Below, piece after piece: positions 9,073 through 18,705 of a stretch of DNA of 32,000 nt. Origin of the DNA: Moraxella nasovis (GTDB taxonomy: Bacteria; Pseudomonadota; Gammaproteobacteria; Pseudomonadales; Moraxellaceae); contig NZ_CP089976.1 of the NCBI RefSeq assembly GCF_022701215.1, positions 1,800,001 through 1,832,000 on the forward strand, in the 5' to 3' direction. A program made the translations under genes and the position numbers. Numbering within the stretch: position 1 is the stretch's first letter; each line of letters opens with the position of its first letter. The notes below the pieces were generated by a model, which worked only from the letters and a program-made list of their open reading frames with translations, was not told where the DNA came from and ran no database searches.

Positions 9073-10209
9073 CTATGGTGTTAAGATGCGAGTAGGGCGG
9101 TGTGTGGTTCGGCATAAAACTTCATAACCAATGGTGCCAGCAGATAAAGCGACATCATCAACGCTTGGAAGTTTATCTGATGCGTCACCCCATAGGGTTA
9201 CTTTAGCACCAACATTAATCTCATCTGACAGATCGCTAAGATCGATTGCCATCATATCCATCGCCACACGTCCGATTAAGGCTGTGCGATATTGTTTATT
9301 GCCATGATGAATGACCACTGTAGCATTTGTCACCACTCTAGGATAGCCATCGCCGTAGCCTGCGCTGATAATGCCAATGCGTGAAGGCTTTTGTGCTGTC
9401 CAAATCGCCCCATAGCTGACGCTTTCGCCTATCTGAAGGTGATGGATTGCCATGATGGCAGCCTCAAAAGTCATGACAGTCTTAAGTCCTAATGCTTGGG
9501 CGGTGCTATCGGCTAAGGGGGTTGAGCCGTATAGAGCGATACCAGTACGCACCCAATGATGATGAGCATGTGGAAATCTAAAGATGCCTGCTGAATTACA
9601 TAACGAGCCTTGAATGCTTAAGCAAATTGTTTGTTGTAATTTGGCGAGCATGGTATTAAAGCGAGTAATCTGCTGATCATTCATAATGACATTTTCGTCA
9701 GCACAAGCAAAATGACTGGTTAAAATAAGCTGATAACCCTTATCATGCAGCTGCTGGGCTGCCTTTGGGATATCCGCTGCTTGAAAGCCGAGTCGATTCA
9801 TGCCAGTATTGTATTTTAGCCAGATGGTGCAGGTTGGACTGCCACTTTGTGGTGCAGCGTCTAAGGCAAAATTTAGCTGCGTGGCATTATGCACCACCGC
9901 CATAAAATGATGTGATAGGGCAAGCTGCCATTCAGCTTCACTAAATACGCCTTCTATCAACACGATGGGCTTTATGATGTCGTATCTATCGCAAGCGTCT
10001 TTTAGGGCTAGGGCTTCTGCCATACATGCCACACCAAAGCCATCAGCAGCTGCCAAGCCTTCTATGACATTCATGATGCCATGCCCATAGCCGTCCGCTT
10101 TAACCATAGCTAACACCTTAGGCTTGGCGATGGGGCTAAGATTGGCGTGAATGACGCCCAAGTTATGTGCTAGGGCGTTTTTTGAGATGGTAAACTGAGC
10201 GTATCGCAT
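9073..10209 (-). CDS. alr: Alanine racemase
   Basis: MRYAQFTISKNALAHNLGVI...AMVKADGYGHG carries the PLP-lysine motif and the protein has the conserved C-terminal beta-domain. The ORF-track N-terminal extension overlaps dnaB and was trimmed to the ATG at 10209. Confidence 0.9.
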   Translation of the reverse strand: MRYAQFTISKNALAHNLGVIHANLSPIAKPKVLAMVKADGYGHGIMNVIEGLAAADGFGVACMAEALALKDACDRYDIIKPIVLIEGVFSEAEWQLALSHHFMAVVHNATQLNFALDAAPQSGSPTCTIWLKYNTGMNRLGFQAADIPKAAQQLHDKGYQLILTSHFACADENVIMNDQQITRFNTMLAKLQQTICLSIQGSLCNSAGIFRFPHAHHHWVRTGIALYGSTPLADSTAQALGLKTVMTFEAAIMAIHHLQIGESVSYGAIWTAQKPSRIGIISAGYGDGYPRVVTNATVVIHHGNKQYRTALIGRVAMDMMAIDLSDLSDEINVGAKVTLWGDASDKLPSVDDVALSAGTIGYEVLCRTTHRPTRILTP

Positions 10210-10246
10210 AAGTAGTGCTTTTGTTGGTTGATTTAAAAAAAAGTGA

Positions 10247-11671
10247 TTAATCTTCGTAGTCTTCTGGCAGATCATAGCCTGCAACCAGATTAGAAAAGCG
10301 TGTGTATTCCCCTTCAAACTTAAGGGCGACTTTGCCAATCGGTCCGTTACGCTGTTTACCGATGATGATTTCTGCCACGCCTTTATTGCCTTCTTTATCT
10401 TTATTGTAGACTTCATCACGGTAGATAAACATAATAAGATCAGCGTCTTGCTCGATAGCTCCAGATTCACGCAAATCGCTCATGACAGGGCGTTTATTAG
10501 GGCGGTTTTCTAAGGTTCGGTTTAGCTGTGACAAGGCGACGACAGGGCATTGCATTTCACGAGCTAAAGCCTTAATACTGCGAGAAATTTCACTGATTTC
10601 ACCGACACGATTATTATCCATGCCGGGTACTTTCATGAGTTGTAGATAGTCAATGATAATCATGCCAAGACCATCTGGGTGGTTCTTAGCGATGCGGCGA
10701 CAGGTGGCTCTCACTTCTGATGGTGATAGGTTGTTGCGAGAATCGATATACAGGTTCTTATCTTGTAAGCTGGTAATCGCTGCATTCATTCTGTACCATT
10801 CTTCAGGATCCATTTGCCCTGATCTTAGATGACCTTGGTGGATTGTACCATGGGCAGATAGCAGACGCTCAACGATACCTTCAGCAGGCATCTCCATAGA
10901 AAACATCACAACAGGCTTATTTTCCATCAAGGCACATTCTGCAAGATTCATGGCAAAAGTGGTCTTACCCATAGATGGGCGAGCTGCCACGACAATCATA
11001 TCTCCTTTTTGTAGCCCTTGAGTTTTATTATCAAGCTCGTGAAACCCTGTGCTTAGTCCAAGCATCATACCAGCGTTGTTTTTTCTTTCTTCTAACTGAT
11101 CGCCAATTTTAGAAAAGATGTCAGTAAGGTGCTGTACGCCTTGTTTGTTGTTATTGCCAGCATAGCTTTCATTAATGCTAAAAATATCAGCTTCTACTGC
11201 GTCTAAGATGTCGCTTACGCTTTGTTTTTTGGGGTGGTAGGCAAGATTTAGCATCTTATTAGCAGACTTAATCAGCTGACGATACACGGATAATTCACGC
11301 ACACGCTCAGCATAAGGAACTAGGTTAAATAAGGTGGCAGGGCTTTGGTTGATTTGCATCAAATACTCTTCGCCACCTGCTGCGTTTAGTAGATTTTGGG
11401 TATTTAAGGCGTCATGTACCATAAGTGTATCATAAGGTTGATTCACTCTAGATAAGTGGGCAATCGTGCGAAAAATATGCCGATGTCGCTCACCATAAAA
11501 ATCATCTTCACCCACCAAGTCTTCAACTTGTTCAAAGGCGTCAGGAATGCTCATCAATGAAGCTAGTAAAGCACGTTCAATCTCGATGTTATGGGGCGGC
11601 TGCAGATTAAGCAGATCGGTCTTATTGTCAGAAGAGCTGAGTTCCACATTACTTTTTGGCGAGCTTGACAT
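10247..11671 (-). CDS. dnaB: Replicative DNA helicase
   Basis: Starts PPHNIEIERALLASLM and has Walker A GKTTFAMNLA, Walker B IIIDYLQLM, and the RecA-like C-terminal domain (QRNGPIG). dnaB-alr is the classic neighbourhood. Confidence 0.95.
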   Translation of the reverse strand: MSSSPKSNVELSSSDNKTDLLNLQPPHNIEIERALLASLMSIPDAFEQVEDLVGEDDFYGERHRHIFRTIAHLSRVNQPYDTLMVHDALNTQNLLNAAGGEEYLMQINQSPATLFNLVPYAERVRELSVYRQLIKSANKMLNLAYHPKKQSVSDILDAVEADIFSINESYAGNNNKQGVQHLTDIFSKIGDQLEERKNNAGMMLGLSTGFHELDNKTQGLQKGDMIVVAARPSMGKTTFAMNLAECALMENKPVVMFSMEMPAEGIVERLLSAHGTIHQGHLRSGQMDPEEWYRMNAAITSLQDKNLYIDSRNNLSPSEVRATCRRIAKNHPDGLGMIIIDYLQLMKVPGMDNNRVGEISEISRSIKALAREMQCPVVALSQLNRTLENRPNKRPVMSDLRESGAIEQDADLIMFIYRDEVYNKDKEGNKGVAEIIIGKQRNGPIGKVALKFEGEYTRFSNLVAGYDLPEDYED

Positions 11672-11770
11672 GGTATTTTTCCAATTTTTAAGGCATTTAT
11701 TTAAAAATGATTTGCATAAATTTTAGCATAAAAGCGGTATAATGTACGAATAATTTTCCCAAAATTGGTG

Positions 11771-12820
11771 ATGGATATGACTGCCAAATCTTCTTTAACA
11801 CTGCCCAAGCCTTTACTGATTACCACAGGTGAGCCAGCAGGTATCGGCATGGATATTGTGATTGATGTGCTTGTCCATCATAAGGATACATTGCCTTATC
11901 CTTTATGGATTATAGCGGATGCTTGTGCCTTTGATATGCGTGCAAGAACGCTCTTAGCACTTGCTAAAATTACCGCTTTACCATCTTATCAGATGGTTCA
12001 TATTGATGATAGTGATGGGATTAACCAAGCTTGCTGTGATGTTTTGCTGATAGATGTGCCATGTGCAGATAAGGTTGTAGCAGGCGTGCTAAACCCAAAT
12101 AATGCCAAGATGGTAGAGCGACAGCTATCTTTTGCCCATGCGATGGCAAAAGCGGGTGTTGTGTCAGGTGTTGTGACTTGCCCTATCCAAAAATCAGTTA
12201 TGGTAGATGGCGGTATTAGCTTAGGTGACGGTACGATATTTAGCGGGCATACTGAGTATTTTATGCAAAAGGCAGAGTGTCAAAAAGTGGTCATGATGCT
12301 TGCTAATCACACCATGAGAGTAGCATTGGTCACAACTCACCTACCCTTAAAAGATGTAGCAAGTGCTATTACGCCTGATGAGATACGACAGACAATTCAG
12401 ATTACGCATGATGCATTGACTAAGCAGTTTGGCATAGCCCATCCTAAAATTTTAGTCTGCGGACTAAATCCCCACGCAGGCGAGAGTGGGGCTTTAGGTT
12501 TAGAGGAGATTGAGATTATCAATCCTGTTTTACAAGATTTTATTAATCAAGGGTTTGATGTTTCGCTTGCCTTGCCTGCTGATACGCTTTTTACAAAAAA
12601 GCACATACAAGATGCAGATGTCATCATCGCAATGTATCACGATCAAGGGCTGCCTGTGTTAAAGTCACATGGTTTTGGAGATACCGTAAATATTACGCTT
12701 GGCTTGCCGTATGTGCGTACGTCAGTGGATCATGGGACAGCGTTATCGCTTGCAGGTACAGGCACAGCAGACAGCAGCAGCTTACGATGTGCAATATCGC
12801 TTGCGATAGATATGAGTTAA
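11771..12820 (+). CDS. pdxA: 4-hydroxythreonine-4-phosphate dehydrogenase
   Basis: ITTGEPAGIG, FSGHTEYF, VVMMLA..MRVALVTTHLPL, GLNPHAGE, MYHDQGLPVLK and RTSVDHGTA are all colinear with E. coli PdxA. The start is ambiguous (TTG 11765, GTG 11768, ATG 11771, ATG 11777). Confidence 0.93.
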   Translation: MDMTAKSSLTLPKPLLITTGEPAGIGMDIVIDVLVHHKDTLPYPLWIIADACAFDMRARTLLALAKITALPSYQMVHIDDSDGINQACCDVLLIDVPCADKVVAGVLNPNNAKMVERQLSFAHAMAKAGVVSGVVTCPIQKSVMVDGGISLGDGTIFSGHTEYFMQKAECQKVVMMLANHTMRVALVTTHLPLKDVASAITPDEIRQTIQITHDALTKQFGIAHPKILVCGLNPHAGESGALGLEEIEIINPVLQDFINQGFDVSLALPADTLFTKKHIQDADVIIAMYHDQGLPVLKSHGFGDTVNITLGLPYVRTSVDHGTALSLAGTGTADSSSLRCAISLAIDMS

Positions 12821-13389
12821 TGCTTAAAGCGTACGATACCAAAGTCGCCTATCGCTAAATCCATGCTCTGATCCCAAGGCTTGGTTTTTAGCTTTGGCAC
12901 ACGCTGAAAGTCATAGCAGTAGCCTATTTTTAGCAAGTTTGGCGTGCGTGCCAATGTTCTATCATAAAACCCGCCGCCCATGCCAAGTCGGTTACCTGTA
13001 TCATCTAATGCAACCAAAGGGCAAAAGACAGCATCCAGCTGATTGGCGGTGATGGTATGTGTTGCTATCGGCTCTTTCATGCCAAAAGCGTGACGTTTTA
13101 GCGGAGTGTTACGCATGTTAAATTGGCAACGGCTAAATCGTAAGGCTCGCCCTTTTTTAGTGATGGGTAAATAGGGTAAAAATCCATATCGCCGACAAAA
13201 TTCTAACAAAACATCGGTCGGCAACTCGCCAAAAGCATCAAGATACAGACCTATCTTAGCGTGTTTTGGTAATAAGGGTAGTAGTTTTTTTAGGTGCAGA
13301 TGGGTTAAAAAGCCAGCATAAGACCGTGCTTTTGGGTGAAGTTTTCTGCGAGCTTGACAAATTTGTTTGCGTAAAGTGTGGTTATCCAT
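12817..13389 (-). CDS. 5-formyltetrahydrofolate cyclo-ligase (MTHFS family)
   Basis: About 190 aa with the family's conserved C-terminal GMGGGFYDR motif and a typical N-terminal LRKQ...R segment. Confidence 0.8.
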   Translation of the reverse strand: MDNHTLRKQICQARRKLHPKARSYAGFLTHLHLKKLLPLLPKHAKIGLYLDAFGELPTDVLLEFCRRYGFLPYLPITKKGRALRFSRCQFNMRNTPLKRHAFGMKEPIATHTITANQLDAVFCPLVALDDTGNRLGMGGGFYDRTLARTPNLLKIGYCYDFQRVPKLKTKPWDQSMDLAIGDFGIVRFKH

Positions 13390-13502
13390 AGATTATCTTC
13401 TTAAAATTTAAGTCATTGTAACCAAATCTTGAAATAAAGCCAATATTTAGCGATAATGCACCGTTATTTATTAAAAATTCCCCAAAAAAGTCTGGTATTC
13501 CT

Positions 13503-15269
13503 ATGACAGATAGCCGCCACCTAAGCCCCAAAACCAAGACCAAAAAAAGACAAAAGTCCAAAGAAGATATTTTGGCAAATCAGTTTTTAGGGCAGGCGTT
13601 TTACCCTTTTAATTGTGTCATGAAGCGAGTGTGGCTGCTTGATGTGTTAAGTATCATGGCATTAGTAGTGATGGCGTATGTCTTGGCGGGGATTTTTAAT
13701 GACTGGATTGGTGTACTTACCCATGATGATAATCAGCCATTAGCGATGCCTTTGGCGATGGCTGTGCTTATTGTATTTGGTTGTATGATAGGGCGTTCTT
13801 TGATTGCGTTTTGGCGTGATAAATGGCTGGCAGATGTCGGTCTTATGGTCGCTAAAACCACCAAAAAACAGCTAATTTACAAGCTGTCAGAGCTTGGCTT
13901 GGCTCGCCGTGATTTTGGTTCAGATGGCGTATTAGCCAGTAAAGTGATGGATGAGCCAGAGCATTTAGCAGGATTTGCTCGCTTTGAAGCCCAAAAAAAG
14001 ACGGCAATCATGACACCCATTATCTTAGCTGCTATTGTGGCGTATTATAATTGGGCGGCGGCGTTTATCTTACTTGCTAGTGCACCGCTCATACCGATTT
14101 GCATGGCGGTGATCGGGATTGCTACCGCACGCAAAAGCCGTGAGCAGATGGATGCGATGGCACAGCTTGGCGGGCGATTTTTAGACTGGATTCGTGGGGC
14201 AAATACATTATCTCGACTAGGAGCGACGCAGATTGCCATTTATGATATGAAAAGTGCGTCAGAAAGTTACCGCAAGCGGACAATGAGTGTGCTTAAGATA
14301 GCTTTTTTAAACAGTGCTGCTCTTGAGCTGATTTCTGCTTTATCCATTGCATTTGTGGCGATTTATCTAGGGCTTAGCTTGACAGATTTATTGCCGTCAT
14401 TTTTATCATTTTTACCGACTCCAAGTCTGTGGTCGGTGTTATTTATTATGCTACTTGTGCCAGAATTTTATTCGCCACTTAGACGGCTTGGGGCAGATTA
14501 TCATGTAAAATCCCAAGCTTTAGCGTGTGCTAAAGCAGCAGCACCGATTTTGGCAGCCCAAGCTAACATTGGCAAAAGTGATATGGTGCTATCTTATCCA
14601 CCGACTTTTCGCTTAGAAAGCCTTAAGGTGCTAGGCGATGATGGACGTGTTCGACTAGCACCGACTACATTAGAATTTTTATCCGCCCAAAGCACTGCCA
14701 TCATGGGTGAAAGCGGTATGGGTAAGTCTACCATTTTACAGGCTTTGCTGGGTTTTGGTAAGTTTCAAGGTAAAATTATCATTGATGATGGTGTGGTGTG
14801 GGCAGATTATTCACAGATAAATTTGGCAAAATTACGCCAATCATTTGGTTATTTATCCCAAAACGTGTCGCTATTGCCGATTAGTATTGCAGATAATTTA
14901 CGCTTAGCCAACCCAAATGCAACTGATGAGATGCTCATGCGTGTCTTGGCAGATGTGCAGATGCAAGATGTCGTAAATCAGTTGCCACAAGGCATTGATA
15001 CAGTGCTGTTTGAAAGGGGTGGTGGTCTGTCAGGGGGTCAGGCACATCGGCTTGGGATTGCTCAGTTAATTTTACAAGATGCCAAAGTTTGGCTGCTTGA
15101 TGAGCCGACCGAGCATTTAGATTTTGATACTGCCACACAGATTAGAACACTTTTGCATGAACTTGGACAGGGTAAAACGGTGATTTGGGTAACACATCAT
15201 ACCGAAGATCTTGACAGATTTAACCAAATTTATCATTTAAGTGCAAAGCCTAGTGAGATAACAGCATGA
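13503..15269 (+). CDS. cydD: Thiol reductant (cysteine/glutathione) ABC exporter, CydD subunit
   Basis: Fused TMD-NBD colinear with E. coli CydD (WAAAFILLASAPLIPI, RKRTMSVLKIAFLNSA, PEFYSPLRRLG). Walker A is GESGMGKST, the signature is LSGGQAHR, and Walker B is LLDEPT. Confidence 0.88.
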   Translation: MTDSRHLSPKTKTKKRQKSKEDILANQFLGQAFYPFNCVMKRVWLLDVLSIMALVVMAYVLAGIFNDWIGVLTHDDNQPLAMPLAMAVLIVFGCMIGRSLIAFWRDKWLADVGLMVAKTTKKQLIYKLSELGLARRDFGSDGVLASKVMDEPEHLAGFARFEAQKKTAIMTPIILAAIVAYYNWAAAFILLASAPLIPICMAVIGIATARKSREQMDAMAQLGGRFLDWIRGANTLSRLGATQIAIYDMKSASESYRKRTMSVLKIAFLNSAALELISALSIAFVAIYLGLSLTDLLPSFLSFLPTPSLWSVLFIMLLVPEFYSPLRRLGADYHVKSQALACAKAAAPILAAQANIGKSDMVLSYPPTFRLESLKVLGDDGRVRLAPTTLEFLSAQSTAIMGESGMGKSTILQALLGFGKFQGKIIIDDGVVWADYSQINLAKLRQSFGYLSQNVSLLPISIADNLRLANPNATDEMLMRVLADVQMQDVVNQLPQGIDTVLFERGGGLSGGQAHRLGIAQLILQDAKVWLLDEPTEHLDFDTATQIRTLLHELGQGKTVIWVTHHTEDLDRFNQIYHLSAKPSEITA

Positions 15270-16936
15270 GACAGCAAATGCCTCCAACCAAGTTCAAACT
15301 CTCAAGCCTAATCTTGGGTCAAAAAACCCTATGGCTTGTCTCATGGCTTTTTGGGATAGCGGCTGCTCTATCAGCAATCGGTCTTATGATGGCAGCTGGC
15401 TCATTTGCGGCTATGACTGCAACTGTCGGCGTGATGGCAGTAGGGCTTTTACCGTCGGCACTCATTCGTATTTTTGCTGTTGGGCGAACGCTGTTTCGCT
15501 ATGCTGAGCTGATGGTGTCGCATCAAGCGATTTTTCGCTTGCTTAAGGATTTGAGAGTTCAGTTCTTCTCAAGCTGGGTAAGACTGCCCACTAGCGAACG
15601 CCTAAAAGATAGCAACAGTGCCCAAAAAATGCACAAGCTTGTCAAAGACATCGACGTGCTAAATGAGTTCGTTTTGCGATTGGCGTCGCCTTTTATCGTG
15701 GCAGGCGTGGCAGTTTTTGCTTTAATGGTGTTTGGCTTAGTGTATGTCCCACAAATTTTTTGGGCATTATCCATACTTATTTTACCATTTATCATTGCTA
15801 TTATCGCCTTAAAGCAAGGCAAGGCATTGGCAAGAGCTCAAAGTGAACTTGCCACTCACAAAAAAAGCGTCCTACTTAATGCTTTACCTGCCTTAACTCA
15901 GCTTTTAACATGGGGTGCGTGGGATAATCAAGCAAAACAGCTTTTTAATCTTGAAGATGATTATGATAAAACGATTAAAAAAGCTGATAAATTAAGACGA
16001 TATGCACAGCTTAAAACCCAAATTGTGCTAGCGGTAGCAGTTGCTATCACGCTGATGATAGTTGGGCTATCTATCAAGCAGTGGCAGGGGGTTACTGATG
16101 GCTTGCTAGGCACAAAAGCGGTATTTGCTTTGGCGGTGGTATTTGCTTTGATGGGTCTAGGCGAGATATTGATGGGGCTTGTGAGTGAGCCTTTGGCATT
16201 TGGGCGAGCGATAATCGCCAAAAACCGCCTAAACGCACTCATTGATACCGACAATCATACGACAAGTAAAATTCATCTAACTGATGTACATCGCTTGGTT
16301 TTAGATGATTTGTCTGTAAAAATGCCTAAGGGTTTAACGCCTACTCGCCCAATTTGTGCGACACTTAGCACCGATAAGCCGACATTAATCGTAGGGGCAT
16401 CAGGAGCTGGGAAATCAACTTTACTTGCGACATTAGCAGGCGAGATTTTGCCTTATGATGGCGTGATTACGGTCTGCTATAAAGAAGGGCAAATAAATCT
16501 TTGGGAATGTGATTTTGGGCAGTCGCTTGGATTTTTAGGTCAGCAAGTTGATATTTTTGACCAGACTTTAGCGGATAACCTAAGATTAGGCAAGCCTTCT
16601 GCTAGTGATGAAGAGCTTTGGCAAGTGCTGCAAAAAGTCGGTCTATCCACTTGGGCAAGCAACCAGCCAAAGGGGCTTGATACCCCGCTTGGTGAATATG
16701 GCATGGCGGTGTCTGGCGGTCAAGCTCGCCGTATCGCTTTGGCAAGATTATTACTCACCCCAAAGGCAATGCTACTATTAGATGAGCCATTTGCAGGGCT
16801 TGATGCTGCTACAAGGCAAACTGTATGGACAGCCTTAACCACGCTACAAAACAGCGGAGATATTGGCGTATTGGCGATTTGCACACACCAAGTATGGCAT
16901 GATATTGGTGATGTGGATATGATTTATGTGCAATAA
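15266..16936 (+). CDS. cydC: Thiol reductant ABC exporter, CydC subunit
   Basis: Has a 4-nt ATGA overlap with cydD. Fused TMD-NBD with Walker A GASGAGKST, signature VSGGQARR, and Walker B LLLDEP. Confidence 0.85.
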   Translation: MRQQMPPTKFKLSSLILGQKTLWLVSWLFGIAAALSAIGLMMAAGSFAAMTATVGVMAVGLLPSALIRIFAVGRTLFRYAELMVSHQAIFRLLKDLRVQFFSSWVRLPTSERLKDSNSAQKMHKLVKDIDVLNEFVLRLASPFIVAGVAVFALMVFGLVYVPQIFWALSILILPFIIAIIALKQGKALARAQSELATHKKSVLLNALPALTQLLTWGAWDNQAKQLFNLEDDYDKTIKKADKLRRYAQLKTQIVLAVAVAITLMIVGLSIKQWQGVTDGLLGTKAVFALAVVFALMGLGEILMGLVSEPLAFGRAIIAKNRLNALIDTDNHTTSKIHLTDVHRLVLDDLSVKMPKGLTPTRPICATLSTDKPTLIVGASGAGKSTLLATLAGEILPYDGVITVCYKEGQINLWECDFGQSLGFLGQQVDIFDQTLADNLRLGKPSASDEELWQVLQKVGLSTWASNQPKGLDTPLGEYGMAVSGGQARRIALARLLLTPKAMLLLDEPFAGLDAATRQTVWTALTTLQNSGDIGVLAICTHQVWHDIGDVDMIYVQ

Positions 16937-16962
16937 AAAGAGCGTTAAATACGCTCTTTTTT
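16935..16962. terminator. Bidirectional hairpin terminator between cydC and the convergent hypothetical gene
   Basis: aaaagagcg and cgctctttt form a stem around a 7-nt loop, with A-run and T-run flanks. Confidence 0.75.
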
Positions 16963-16973
16963 ATGCGATTAGA

Positions 16974-17792
16974 TTAGATAGGTTCTGTTTTTGGGGCTTT
17001 TGGTTGCTCTGTTTTTGGTTTGTCTTCTTCGGTGATGATGTTGGCATTAGCATCGCCAAAACTTAAAACTTCACCAAAGTTTATTTGAATTTTTAAAATA
17101 AGCTGGTTTTCTTTGGTAGTGGCAGTATTTATTTGAGCCTTTTTGATATTATTGGTAAGCACTTTGACATTTTTTAGCCAACGTCCAATCTCAAGATAAA
17201 TAACATCGCCTTTGTGTTCAGTAAAAGGCACGCCTTTAATCTTTACTTGGCTTAAGATAAAAGGAAGCGGGTCTTTTCTAAGGATAGTGCGATACGCCCC
17301 TAGGGCAAACTTAGCGGCAGGTGCTTGCCACCATGTGCGTGAATGCAGCTCAATCACATCTGTGTTACTAATCTGTCTAAGCACAAGTCTTTGGGTGTAG
17401 CGATCAAGCTGAATTTGCACTAACTCAAAATTACTTGCCACACTTGCAAAAATCCCTGCAACATCGACCGTGGTGGATAGTCTTAGCCAGTCATCATGTA
17501 GTTCAAGCTTTAAATCTAGGAGCATACCTACATTATCTACAACAAACTGCTTAAGAGCGTCATTGACCTGCTCTTCGCTTAGTGTGATATAAATCTCATC
17601 AAGAAAGTTATCAGCAGCTGTAGCATAGCTATGCTTAATACTGCCAAGCGTCTGCTGCCAGCTAACAAATAAATCTTCAATGAAATTATCACTGTTAAAG
17701 CTACTGATGTCAGAGATTTTCTGCATTAGAGTAGGCTTGCTGTTATCAAGTGTGGCGTCAGTCTGAACGTGGGTGGTCTTAATGTCAGTCAT
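16974..17792 (-). CDS. Hypothetical protein (about 272 aa), no domain recognised; Lys/Pro/Glu-rich C-terminal tail
   Basis: Long uninterrupted ORF, with the ATG at 17792 (MTDIKTT) preferred over the GTG at 17819. It ends ...EEDKPKTEQPKAPKTEPI. No motif I can assign. Confidence 0.6.
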   Translation of the reverse strand: MTDIKTTHVQTDATLDNSKPTLMQKISDISSFNSDNFIEDLFVSWQQTLGSIKHSYATAADNFLDEIYITLSEEQVNDALKQFVVDNVGMLLDLKLELHDDWLRLSTTVDVAGIFASVASNFELVQIQLDRYTQRLVLRQISNTDVIELHSRTWWQAPAAKFALGAYRTILRKDPLPFILSQVKIKGVPFTEHKGDVIYLEIGRWLKNVKVLTNNIKKAQINTATTKENQLILKIQINFGEVLSFGDANANIITEEDKPKTEQPKAPKTEPI

Positions 17793-17924
17793 GGTAAAAT
17801 CTAAAGTTGCTAAATCCACCCCATTGTAACAAATTTATTTAAAATGTGGCAAATTTTAGTGTTATTTTTGTGATGTTTTTGCGTTGTTTATAACATAAGC
17901 GGCAATTTACAGTATAATATAGGC

Positions 17925-18168
17925 GTGATGGGTGTTTTTAGCCTATTCGTACTACTAGCGTTGCGGGTATACTTTGATGACAAGGTAGCGTTTGAAAAAT
18001 TTAAGAAAAACCCATAACCAGTTTTCCATTGATGGCGGTGGCTATCTGACCTACCTTGCTTTAAGCTGTGTGAACTTACAGCTCATATAGGGGCAATATC
18101 CAAAGGCGGAGTTTAAAAGCACGAGGGAGTATTGATAGATGTAAATAAACCGCTGTATGGCGGTTTTT
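17925..18168 (+). ncRNA. Candidate small transcript of about 240 nt (sRNA, or mRNA for a 29-aa hydrophobic peptide) bounded by a consensus -10 box and an intrinsic terminator
   Basis: A TATAAT box lies at 17913-17918. Internal stems are caaggtag/ctaccttg (about 17981-17988 and 18050-18057) and agctgt/acagct (about 18064-18086). The terminator is ccgc/gcgg (18150-18163) plus T5 (18164-18168). No ORF of 60 aa or more is present. The only plausible small ORF is ATG 17928 to TAA 18017 (MGVFSLFVLLALRVYFDDKVAFEKFKKNP). The RNA family is not recognised. Confidence 0.35.
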
Positions 18169-18331
18169 GATTTGTGAAATAAAATTACAATAATACATAG
18201 CGTCGGTAAAGCCCTAGTGTATTATATGCATCTGCAGATATTGTTACTTTATATCATTTTTTAACTACTATAAACACTCATTACAGAGTTATGAACTCTC
18301 ATAAACCCTAGCAAACATGATTTTTGTGGCT

Positions 18332-18685
18332 TTATAATGATGAAATCAAGTCAGCAATTTTGCTTTGATCGGCTCTGCTATGCTTAATCTTTAAAACATA
18401 AACACATTCGCCCAAAATCTCAAAATAAACAATCACAGGCGGTTTCGGTACAAACAGCTTACGAATTTCACACCCTTTTGTGTAAAAATTCACCGACTTA
18501 CAGCGTCTCGGCATAGTTTTAAGTGTATTGGTTGCAACTTCGATACGCTCCAAAACCATCATCACAACATCGATGTTTTTGGTGGTCTTTGCATAGAATG
18601 AAGCAATGTTATTCAAATCATCTTGTGCGGACTGCTCGTAAATAACACTGTATTTGCGTTCAAAATGCTCTATATGTTCGCTCAT
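18332..18685 (-). CDS. ParE/RelE-superfamily type II toxin
   Basis: 117 aa. The pattern A..DL..I..Y....... then RKLFV...PVIVYFEI..ECVYVLKIKHSRAD matches the ParE/RelE fold signature. It lies 20 nt downstream of an RHH gene. Confidence 0.75.
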   Translation of the reverse strand: MSEHIEHFERKYSVIYEQSAQDDLNNIASFYAKTTKNIDVVMMVLERIEVATNTLKTMPRRCKSVNFYTKGCEIRKLFVPKPPVIVYFEILGECVYVLKIKHSRADQSKIADLISSL

Positions 18686-18705
18686 GATGTGTTCTGTTGC
18701 CGACC

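Noticed and set aside
10210-10470. N-terminal extension of 87 aa on the alanine racemase ORF in the track.
   Set aside because: The extension overlaps the 3' end of dnaB and has no similarity to Alr. The conserved Alr N-terminus begins at the ATG at 10209.
13390-13502. Possible 6S RNA (ssrS) upstream of the 5-formyl-THF cyclo-ligase gene, as in the E. coli ssrS-ygfA arrangement.
   Set aside because: The spacer is only 113 bp and also has to hold the divergent cydD promoter. It is too short for a 6S RNA of about 180 nt, and I saw no long imperfect hairpin.
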